Shown: positions 53,173-64,000 of the stretch, one piece after another
How the letters are laid out: every line of letters begins with the position of its first letter
Position numbering within the stretch: position 1 is the stretch's first letter
Assembly: GCF_964355755.1 (NCBI RefSeq)
Contig: NC_092677.1
Location: forward strand, 4,176,101 to 4,240,100
Reading direction: 5' to 3'
From: Antedon mediterranea
Taxonomy: Eukaryota > Animalia > Echinodermata
Length of the DNA: 64,000 bases
The notes under the pieces: generated by a model
Databases searched by the model: none
Told to the model about the DNA's origin: nothing
What the model saw: only the letters and a program-made list of their open reading frames with translations
Made by a program: the position numbers and the translations under genes

Positions 53173-53322
53173 AGCTCTGTCCACACTATCATTGACAAAA
53201 AAGTGTGATGTGCCCAAATATGGTGGTGATATGCCTAAGTATGGTAGTGATATGACATCATCGTGCCCATATATAGACAAATCACATTTTGTCACATAAA
53301 GTTTGATAGTGTAGGCAGAGCT
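53173..53322. mobile_element. MITE family A copy
   Basis: Both TIRs with TWA flanks. Confidence 0.85.
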
Positions 53323-53737
53323 TTAGTCTAGGTTAGCTTTTGGTTAGGTTATGAATACTATACCAGGAAATGATGTGATGTTGTATTACCAAATTCCTAT
53401 GATACTGGAGAAGAAATTTAGATACAGTAGTTTAAAAATCGGGTGCATATCTAGATGTAGAGTCTGGCAAGCGGAGCCCTCGCGTGTCACTCAAAGTACG
53501 TTGGCCGGCAGTCAATCTTTAACAAGTGTCGGTATTTGATTGCAGGATAAACAATGTTTGGAATATTATTCGACACATTTGTCAACACCTCATTCTAAAC
53601 TATTCATAAATTTCTTTGTCGATAGAATTGTTGACTGAAAAAAGCTCTGATGACGTTGATGTTTGAATATTTCTGCTGGTCGATTTAGCATTTACATTTT
53701 TGTCACCCTGAAGTATAGAAGCTCTGGGTCACCTTAA

Positions 53738-53938
53738 AGCGTGGTTCCCACTAGAACGCAGCAATGTATCGTCGCAAAGTTCTGTATTGCGTAATCACAA
53801 GTGGGAACCGACGGTGCAACAGTACTGCAAACATCGTATGTTTGATTTCACGCAGGCGGGACAAATACAATTATTAGAAGGGCATTTTCTTACGTTGCGT
53901 AGGTTGCGTTACGTTGCGTCGCTAGTGGGAACCAATCT
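53738..53938. mobile_element. Harbinger-like MITE family B copy
   Basis: TAA|AGCGTGGTTCCCACTAG ... CTAGTGGGAACCAATCT|TAA; highly similar to 58530-58730. Confidence 0.85.
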
Positions 53939-54591
53939 TAAGGAACCCGAGGACTGATGACGATAATGGAGGGAAACGATTACCTGATAACTTAGAACGT
54001 TTGCATGGAATAAAATATATAATCACATATAGGCCTAGTCGAGCTAATATGACATCATCACGCTTTATCAAGACGGATGTTATAGGTCCACGTGACGGCC
54101 AGCACAATACGCGCGCGCGTAGGTACTAGATCGTCGCAAATTGAAAGATCAATATATTATTTTACATTAGATTAAATAAACGACCACCGCAGTTGGAAAA
54201 ACATTTTGACATTCAGATTCTTAACAATGTTTGCAGTAAAAACATAAAATTATATTTATTCATCCCACACGAAGCTCATGAAATAGAAACATAAATCTTA
54301 AAAAACAAGTATAAATGTTCAATTAATTATAACGGTATTTTCATTGCTTTGAAAGAATTACGGTGACGTAAAAACGATGTCGTCATAGTACAAAATGATG
54401 ATAAATTAGATTAGGTTGTATAAAGTAGGAGAAAACCAGTGAAAACACAAAACACGGCAATATACCTATCACCAGAGAAATTCCCTGCTATCACAGATTA
54501 ACTGTGCAATTCTATGTGTGAATTTAGGAAAGTTAATAAGAACTTTGCTCGAAGGGTGCTCGGATTGCATTAGATTTGTTCTCGCACGTAA

Positions 54592-54749
54592 AGCTTGGTT
54601 CCCACTAGAACGCAACGCAATGACGTAAGCCGCAACGCAAGCAAATTGACCAATCCAAGCGATGGATTATTCGAACCGTTCCTTGTCATTGGTCAACTCA
54701 TTTCCGTTGCGTCTACGTCCTTGCGTTGCGTTGTAGTGGGAACTAAGCC
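54592..54749. mobile_element. Harbinger-like MITE, family B TIRs with a different interior
   Basis: TAA|AGCTTGGTTCCCACTAG ... GTAGTGGGAACTAAGCC|TAA. Confidence 0.8.
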
Positions 54750-55370
54750 TAATGATGACCCAAACGATCGACGTACGCGCAAATCATGTGCTTCGACCAA
54801 TCACAGGAGATAGTTCGATGAGGCACATCTCATCTGTACATACGTCATTTTTGTATCCCAGTTCAAGCTTTCAGAGCATCCGTAAATTGGCATTTCTGTA
54901 TTTAGGAGGACTTCGTTCAAACGACGTCTGTTCGCTCCGCTTTTTGTGCAAATGGTCATATAAGAAATAACATAGATTTTATTGTTTCCGCTTACGATTT
55001 CCCGCTTATCGTTGCCGCTTGTCTGTGTAAATTGGCCCTTAGACGTTGTTTTTCATTAATAATATTTTATCTCCGCTTAAGATAAGATACTACAAAAAAG
55101 GTATTTTCTATAAGAGGTCAATCTCCAGACATCCTTCAGCTTCCGAATGTGCAGGTGGAGAAAGTTTATGTGTATTTACGCTGGTTTTATAAAATATAAC
55201 AGCATTTATACGACCTATATTTTTATTGAGGCGATAACGATAATAGGCTATAGCAATTTGAACCAAATAATAATATAAATAAAATCAGGATAAATATGGC
55301 GTTTCATACTGTACTACTTGAGCCCGAAATAACTACGGCCTTGGGGAAAGTCAAACAAAATGACATGTAA

Positions 55371-55494
55371 AGCTCTGTCTACACTATCAAACTTGATATG
55401 ATGTCATATCACTACCATATTTGGGCATATCACTACCACATTTGGACACATCACACTTTTTTGTCACATAATTTTTGATAGTGAAGACAGAACT
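55371..55494. mobile_element. MITE family A copy
   Basis: Both TIRs present. Confidence 0.85.
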
Positions 55495-57194
55495 TTAGGA
55501 AGTTTCCAATGTTCTGTTTGGCAATGACGAGTTTCCCTTGTGAATACAAACAAATGTTATCTTAATTGCGGACTAATTTATAAATAATCACAGGTGGTGA
55601 GGTCAATTTACATAAATGCATCACATCCCCATGGCATAATGACCAGACAAGCTAGGCCTACTACGTCACTTAAATTAATTGCTTCCGCGGCGTTCAGGCC
55701 GATAACCATCATACCCTTACCCACTATAGAGATATTCATTTTGATCATTATCAGGGCCAAAAGGCCAATAACGAATGACAGATCTGACACATAGTAGGCT
55801 AACCGCCCCCCTCCCCACCTCCGTCATCAGGTTGGGTCTTACCACCACGAACTGAGGACAGTTTGTAGTCCCGACGCGTAGGCCAACCAAGTGAAGATGC
55901 TTAAACAGGTACATACTAAGCACATTTCCTCTTACCCGGCGCGAGTGCCTAGTCCCGTCCTCAACAAGGACGACAGACGAAGGTTGGCGTCAGCAGACAC
56001 GAAACTGTACACTGTTTGTTGTCGGTAGGCATGATACCGCACGAGTATCGAGTACTTCATACTAATGTTAGTGTCACCGCGCTTTGTTTTCTATCATTTC
56101 ATTATTCCCATCTGGAAAATCGTCCGCTTACAATCTCACCATCATTCACGCAATATCACGGTGTTATACGACCACCAAAGTTTAGATAAAACATTCCAAT
56201 TCTAAGCCATCAAAACTAAGACCATGAAGGAGTAAGTGCCAACTTACTCAGGAAATTGACTCCACAACGCGTGTGGGGAAATTAGTCTCTCGGCGGGTTT
56301 CACTTTTTCTTAAATTGGTGTCCGTGGTTTTGCTTCTGAAGTTCTAGTTATACTCTTGTCAGTTGTGAGTCAATGGCAATTTTAGAACTACGATGCAAAT
56401 TGAATGGCATTAAGATTATATAGACAAGCATTGTCAACTTGCCGCGAAAGAATTTTTACAAATCTGTATTTTTTATTCATTCGAAAAGTACAAATTTAAT
56501 TCAATCAATGGATTAATTAGAACTGCATAACGCTGTATTGACACGAGATACAAGCTTGAAAATGTTGGCAGCATTTTTATGCTATTTCAAAAACAAAAAT
56601 AAAAGAGAATATAAGGTTTGCAACGGGAAACTTTTGAGGCAGCGGCGTAACGGCTATCGGCTATGAGCGCTCGCTGGCTAAACACAGGGGCCCCGGGGCC
56701 TATATGGAGCCCCTGAGCAGTGTCCAGAGGAAAAAACAGGCATTGAAATATGTTGAAAAAGGCTAAAAACATCCGAGGCCTGCAGGGTTGGAGGGTCACT
56801 ACACCAGGGTGCTGATTTTATTCTTTTTTATATTAAGTTGCCATGAGAAAAACCAATTTCAAATCTTTCGTTGACGAACTATTTGACAATAAAGTTATCT
56901 TGTACCTTGTATCAAGCCTCTGCGTTAACCAACTGCTCGGAGGGTAGCAATCTTTGGTAAAGTGTAATCCCGACAATATTTTATAAACCAATAGGCCTAC
57001 GCATAATAATATTATTTTAATATACACTGATCTAAATAAGTATGAACAAATCGAGGTCTGAAGAGCCTACAGTATTTGTCGAAACAAAGGGCCTAGTATG
57101 ACATCAGAGCTTTGAGGTAACGTAATGCTATAGGCCTAAACATAATATTTAAAACAGATTAGGATTTTTAAACATGTTGGTTTCCATGCCGTAA

Positions 57195-57351
57195 AGCTAT
57201 ACACTATCAGACTAGTTTGACAAAAAACGCGTGATGTGCTCAATTATGGTAGTGATATGCCCAAATATGGTACTGATATGACATCAACGTGTCCATATAT
57301 GGGCACATCACATTTTTTTGTCACATAAATTTTGATAGTGTAGACAGAGCC
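57195..57351. mobile_element. MITE family A copy
   Basis: Right TIR intact; left TIR partly deleted. Confidence 0.8.
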
Positions 57352-58529
57352 TTTACTCTTATCCTTCATCAAATAGAGGTTTTCATGTTGTTGTTGTTCA
57401 ATATATCAAAAATAATCCCTGTTTAAATTGTACCTATATTTGTTAAAATACCAATTAATTCAATACAAAAGTCTCAACGAAGATAACTCAATAAATAATT
57501 TACGAGAGATTCGTTTAAATGACTTTCATTCAGGCCAACCATCATCATTATGGGTGGGTGTTAACGAAGGATGAAGTAACATAACGATATAATATCAGAT
57601 ATCAATATTGTAGGCCTATGCGGTCCTACACATATACATTTGCCTTCCAGGTGACAGGGTTATTAAACACACTCATTTTCGGCTTTGAAAACCCTCGTTC
57701 ACGAACCAATTCAAACCGTGATCACAGTTTATACCCAACGAGTGCAATGCAACGCATAGCGTCTTGACCTTGGCCATGGAAATCGGTTTTACGTCATACT
57801 GACGTCATAACGAGTTTGCATTAGCTTTGCTAACTGCACCGTTGTGGAAATCTCGTCTTCCTTTATAGACGAATAGAGAATTATGTTTATTTTATCTTAT
57901 AAAAACAAACTTATAAAATTGAATAATTAAGAAAATATTAATTACAGTGGGTCGCCAATAAGGAGACACCTTTCACGATCATTTAGAAGTTTTGAAAAAA
58001 ATTCCACTTGTAAGTGTCCTTTGAATAGAGGTATTCACTGGGTAGGGGTGTCTCTTGAATAGGGGTACCCCCAAATGAGTAATTCTAGGCTACTATAGCC
58101 AAAACGAATTCGCCATGCACAGACATGATGTAAATAAGTATTTATTTTATGAGGTCATGCGCATATTAAAGAAAGTCTTATAGGCCTACCAATGTACAAA
58201 GCCTTATAATACTGCATAGCAGTAATAAAATATAGGACCCTAACAAAAGACACATTAAATTGTCATGTTACATTATAAACCCTCGTAGTTTGACAATAAC
58301 ATTATTTTGCGGGTACAGTAAGCCAAATATATGGTTTCATTTTATGCAAGCCTAGATAAAAAATGTAATAAAAATATTATGGGAAGTTAAATCACTCACC
58401 TAACCCATCACACACACACTACCGGTATGGGCTCGTTTAAGGTCATCGGAGAACCGCGTAGATTGTCCCACGTATCCTCAGAACGCGGAAACCGCGCGTC
58501 CACTTCGCGTTGTGTGTAAATGGTCATAA

Positions 58530-58730
58530 AGCGTGGTTCCCACTAGAGACGTAACGCAACGCAGCAACGTATCGACTCGCGCAAGGTGCTGTATTACGTA
58601 ATCACAAGTGGGAACCGACGACGCAACAGTGCTGCAAACATCGCCGGTTTGATTTCACGCAATTATTGGAAGGGCATTTTCTTACGTTGCGTAGGTTGCA
58701 TTACGTTTCGTCGCCAGTGGGAACCAAGCT
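58530..58730. mobile_element. Harbinger-like MITE family B copy nested in an older repeat
   Basis: TAA TSD. The flanks rejoin to a sequence seen uninterrupted at about 54945-55040. Confidence 0.85.
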
Positions 58731-59184
58731 TAAGAAATAAAATGGATTCTATATTTGTATGTGTAAATTGGCCTTCATGTGTTATTTACCCGGGGAAATT
58801 GGTTTAATGGGCACCGTCGCTTACTTTGATGGGTAGGTCACCGAATTACCCGGGCAAGAACATACACATGTTCTCAATGCTGTCGAATACGAGGTGGATA
58901 ATACACAGTACCAATTAGCTTCTTAACGGAACGGTTAAAAATCAAAGTGCTTACTAACGGTTAGTTCGTCACACGCTTTCAACACAGCATAACAGCAATC
59001 ATCTCTCGTCAAACAGAGCGAACCAATAACACAACAAGTTACTGATATTCCTCATCTTGGAAGTTTCAGGATTATGAGCCAATAACGATTGTATACCAAG
59101 ACCCATTGAGAACGACGGGTAAATAGCGCATCCTGATTGGTTGTTCATTGAATAAGCGCGCACACATTCTGTACCCGGTTTACC

Positions 59185-59220
59185 TATAAACAAGAAAAAC
59201 GTATTTTGCTTGTCAGTATG
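59185..59220 (+). promoter_or_regulatory. TATA-Inr core promoter
   Basis: TATAAA at 59185 and TCAGT Inr with +1 at 59215 (30 nt spacing). CCAAT boxes near 59023, 59080 and 59137. Confidence 0.6.
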
Positions 59221-59298
59221 GTATTATTTCACTGTTATATGAGTACGAATATTGGAATAAATTGATTATCTGTGTAGTTTTGTACAAACACGTATAAA

Positions 59299-59332
59299 AT
59301 GGAATTTTCCGTGTTGATCTTTTTAATTGTGG
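59299..59332 (+). CDS. Probable first coding exon of a secreted or membrane protein gene (MEFSVLIFLIV-, phase 1); the rest was not identified in the window
   Basis: AAAATGG start context, hydrophobic signal-peptide-like sequence, strong donor G|GTAAGT, and position downstream of the TATA-Inr promoter. Confidence 0.55.
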
Positions 59333-60289
59333 GTAAGTACAAGTTTATTATTTTTACGTTATGGCCTAGAACATAATAGTACACATGAGTATAAATCGGC
59401 ACCTTGAATTATGCAACAACATATACCTATATATTAAAAATGACAGTTCTTTTTAGGGTTCACTTTATAGCTGCCTACTAAATCTATTATTACGTAATCT
59501 TCTATTAGAAAATAATTTAAAAAATGGAAACTGACTGTCCCAAGTCACTTAGATACTAGTCTGACTGTATTAATTTTTTTTTAAACTCTAACTAAAATTT
59601 AAGCTGCTACTATGATTTATAACTAAAATTCATTTAATTTTATATGCATAAATAATAAAAAATAATTATATTAAAATGTAACCTGAATAAATAAATAACT
59701 TGCAAATGTATTCTTTAAAATGATTATAAATGTTGAATGAAAACATTATAAGAACATTATACGCAGTATGCATGCAATAATTTTTAATGCATTTGGCAGA
59801 TGTTAATCGACAAAGGAGAGGGAGGGGTTTTTTTTGTGTATTTTATTATTGATTAGCTTAGGGGAATGTTTCTCCATTTATTTTGCAATGCTGTAGCGGT
59901 CTAGCATTCTAGCGTTGTACAAAGATGGCATGAAATATAAAACACGTTTTGGTGTCAATAATGTTTTAATACATGATATGGCGTGGTAGTGGTACGTTCC
60001 CTGTATGTCACTCACACTAACGAAAATCCATAATGTGCGATTAATGCCATCACATTAGCTATTGTGACAACGGCTGAACACTTTTCTTAGCCTCTCTCTG
60101 GAAAATCGATTTTCATTGAGAAAGAAGTTCAAAATCACCGTATACAAACTAAACAGATTATAGGCCTAGCTACAAAGTAGTAAATGTGGACCCAACCACT
60201 TTACGTGAAGTATACTATCCTGTTTCTGCGAAGATAAAACGAGGGTTGAAGAAGGAACTCTTTTGGTTTATAACGAAATGTATCCGTTA

Positions 60290-60431
60290 AGCTCTGTCAA
60301 CACTATCAAACTTTATGTCACAAATATGGTGTAGTGATATGCTCAAATATGGTAGTGATATGACATTATCATGTCTATATGGGCAAATAACATTTTTTTG
60401 TCACATAAAGTTTGATAGTATAGACAGAGCT
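60290..60431. mobile_element. MITE family A copy
   Basis: Both TIRs with TTA flanks. Confidence 0.85.
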
Positions 60432-62349
60432 TTAAAAGACACTAAATCACAAGTGAAGCGTTGCAAAATACTTCAGGTAGAATTAATATTCACACTGAGG
60501 CGAACACGTGGTGAGAAGAATATACGAATGACTTTGTAATTTTTTCATAATGTGTTTCTTGATGTGATCTTGATGTAGATTCTCTTGTGACGCGTTTATG
60601 AGTGTTACTGAAAAACAGGAAAGCCGTTTGCCGCAGCTCATGTCTTTAAACAAATAAAACGACCGCGCGTGACCCTGGAGGAGGGTTGAACGCCTTCGCG
60701 TCAACCCCATCCGTAAAAATAATGATGTAATTCAAAAAGTTTATGAGCTCTTTTATTTATAGATAAAAATGGGAAATACGGATAATTACTTAACTTAATA
60801 TAAGTGATTTGGTATATAAATTAGGTTAGTTGTTGTGGTTTATGGTGAACAATCTTTGATGTTCTTGCCAAGTTGTCAAGGCCCACTCATTCCCTTGGAA
60901 CAAGGGACACGCTGGGGACAGGAGAGGGGTTTTCTCAATTACAAACGACGCGCTCGCTAGGCCTAACTGTGATTATGTTTTATGACACATTTCAGTTGTC
61001 TTTATGGCCCATCTATCTTACAACGAGAGAATGCTGGGGAGGAAATGTTATTCCTATTATCACTTATTTCATTTCTAATTATTTCGGAATGAGTCATATC
61101 TAGCCTATAGAAATGACTTTGGCTAAGAATAGGCCAACATTTAAAGTACCACCTGTGTTCACACGTACGAGTTAATCGTGTATAACATTTAAGTTCAGCT
61201 GATCCGAATCAGAATTACTGAACATCCGACGTAAGCGCACATTGGTTAATTATCTTTAACTCGCCGTTAACTCCGGCGTAAGCGCACATGTGAACAGTTA
61301 ATCTCTTACCTAGTATGTCGTTAACACCGATACAACTCCGATTAATTTCATTCCGATTCAGAGGTATAAGTACTGTATATTCGAAAATAAATACAGACTC
61401 TTTTATAATAATATATTGTTCAGGCAATTTTCAAATTTTGTTTGGTAACTTCTTTAAACTTTTTTTTTTCTTTTGTAGTGCATTAAATTACATTCTTTGA
61501 ATATCATTCTTTTTGTAATCAATGAATTGAATTTGAAATTAATTGATTTTTCTAAATGGTGTAATACTGTTTATGTATATGAAATTCCACCTTGTAACTA
61601 TAGCCTAACAGGCATAACTGATAGTGTTCATTATTATACAATGTTTATTTAAAAGTTCAAATGTTCTTCTTCCATCACATTTATATTCATATAATAACGA
61701 TTTCCATATATATGTTACCAGAATCTGTAATAAACTTCACATTCATAAAACATAAAAAGACATCTTTTAAAACAAAGTTAGATTACTTCCTGAAAACATC
61801 ATCATCAATTCACCCATAACACACATTTTGTTGTTTCTAATTTAAAAGATTACTAATTTAAGTTATATGAAATAAAACAATAGTTTAATTTTACTTTATT
61901 TATCTGTAGATTTTTGTTATTTTTATTTATGTACTTAATTGTTATCATTGTTTTTTTAAATTATATTTTCTGTTGGCACTTTCATAACAAGCTTTGCTTT
62001 TTCAAACCTTTACGTTGTATATTGTTAAGAAATTAGATTTATGTTTGTTTATGAATGAAGGAAATACATCTGATTTTGATTGATTGATTTTGATTGATTG
62101 ATTAATTGATTTTCATTGATTATCTTTTTATGTTTAAATGTGTCAGCATGATGAGTGTTTTTTCCATACAGTAAGGAGTAAAACGAAACAGTTTGTTAAT
62201 CAAGTTTCTCTAATTACCAAAATAAAATAAAGATTACTAATTATTCGTAATTGTCACTAATTCGGAAATGACCGATAACTAACTTGACAATCACACTTGT
62301 CTGATTATTAGGTAATAGTTTTATTATGGCTGCTGTCTTCATTGACTTA

Positions 62350-62490
62350 AGCCTTGTCTACACTAGCAAACATTATGTGACAAATAAATGTGATGTGCCT
62401 ATATATGAACATGATGATGTCATATCACTACCATATTTGGGCAAATCACACTGTTTTTTGTCAAACTAGTTTGATAATGTAGACAGAGCT
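62350..62490. mobile_element. MITE family A copy
   Basis: Both TIRs with TTA flanks. Confidence 0.85.
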
Positions 62491-64000
62491 TTACGTATGA
62501 TAACAAACGTAATTGTAGGCCTACTGCTAGTAATAGTTATTTACTTTGACCGAAAATTGGACAAACAAATAATATATGGATTTACCTGAAAACTGTAATT
62601 TAAAGCAACAAATAGTCAAACTGACTCTGGAGGTTTTTGGTTGAATTTAAATGTTTTATAAATTAAAACCTTTGTTTTCCTATCGAAGTGATTAACTTTA
62701 ACAAAACTGAGAAATGGCCTATTTAAGTCTTTTTTATTAATCTTTATTTTTCATGTTTTTTGGGATCTTTTATGTGATAGGATTTTTGTTATTCTAAACC
62801 AAAGTATAATTCATCAGCTGAAGTCCAGTTTTTAGTTTATGCGTTGATTCTCAATAATACAAAATAAATGACATAATACGATACATAATATTCGTCTAGA
62901 CATCCTACGTAATCATAATGCAATATATTAAACACTTGTTGATATATGGTATTATTTTATATATAACTGGATTATTGAGGTCAAGATCAACAATGTCATA
63001 TAATATAGGCACTATTACTGGATAAACATGCCATTCCAATAGTAATGGAAACAATCTTTTTTGCTCAAAATAACTTCCACACTCTTAAATCACGTTTATC
63101 CTATACGAAGGGAACATATTAGTACTTTAATACAATGACCTTTTGAACCTCCTTATTTTTATATTCTATTGGTATTTGACAAGGTTACGCTCCCGAATAG
63201 ACAAGCAAAACAAACGTGGTTCTGCGATTATATTAACAAACAAACTTCCTCAAAAAAGTTTGAGAATATTATTTAATAGAGGGCGCTACCAATAAACTAT
63301 TTACAGATACTATTTAAAGATATTACAGTGTAGTGATCAACAACATCATCACCCATTCTTATCTCAATTCTGACATGAGTGTTGCATTCCTGAAAACGGG
63401 GCAAGATAATGGTACAATGTACCAAATACATCATCCTCAGATTACGAATATATCTATATTCCAAAGATTTTTTTAAATTTTAATTTTTAAATATTCTTAG
63501 CATTTTCTACGTTAGTGAGATATATTATTTATTTATTTCGGTTTTTAACAAGCCTTCATGTTTTAAACTGTTCTATTAGTTGTTTTGTTACTTTTGTATG
63601 TACTGTAGGTCTAATTATCTTCTGACAAAATATGACATCGATATTGATAAGATAATACCAATTAACGTAATTAACAATACAGAGATTAGAATCTATTGGA
63701 AAATCTTGGACTACAAAAATTGTCCTCATTATACGAGTGGTGTTCTCATAAATATAGACGTTAGTTGTATTGTAGTGTAACAAATATTCGGCTTACCCGA
63801 TACAAGTTTCGGTTGATCATTTCTAACCGTTTTTTTAAAAACTTTTAGGGCTTTTACATTTTCAATAACTTACATAAATCAGTAGTTTAAAAGAGATGAA
63901 CAAAATATATATGTTGATTGATATGATTTCCTCTCATTCGGTTCACATGGAAGTTTCCACTTAGAGTTCCGTGTTCCTGGAATAGGTTGTGTCCCAAAGT

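Overview
AT-rich (roughly 30% GC by eye) animal genomic DNA with spliceosomal GT-AG genes, probably from a marine invertebrate. It is not prokaryotic and has no CRISPR or rRNA. Three complete genes can be built by hand: ZFAND1 (minus, 8 exons, 17308-20009) head-to-head with PSMG2 (plus, 7 exons, 20240-24288), with only 230 bp between the ATGs, and a GTP-dependent PEPCK (minus, 9 exons, 27888-36344) that has a mitochondrial presequence and a likely second TATA-driven first exon. The most striking feature lies upstream of PEPCK: an old, frame-preserved partial duplicate of PEPCK exons 1-2 (40917-42224). In it the 17-codon stretch spanning the predicted presequence cleavage site is amplified 12-13 times. 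The predicted 311-aa protein has an MPP/MIP R-10 motif in every repeat and Gly-Lys-Arg (an amidation plus dibasic convertase signal) at every repeat junction. The remainder is dense in non-autonomous DNA transposons (about 18 copies of one Harbinger-like MITE, plus Mutator-like and Kolobok-like elements), LINE tails, minisatellites born inside transposons, and many apparent excision footprints (TA-CTG-TA, TA-GGCC-TA). A probable first exon of a secreted-protein gene starts near 59.3 kb. All coordinates were counted by hand and may be off by a few bases.
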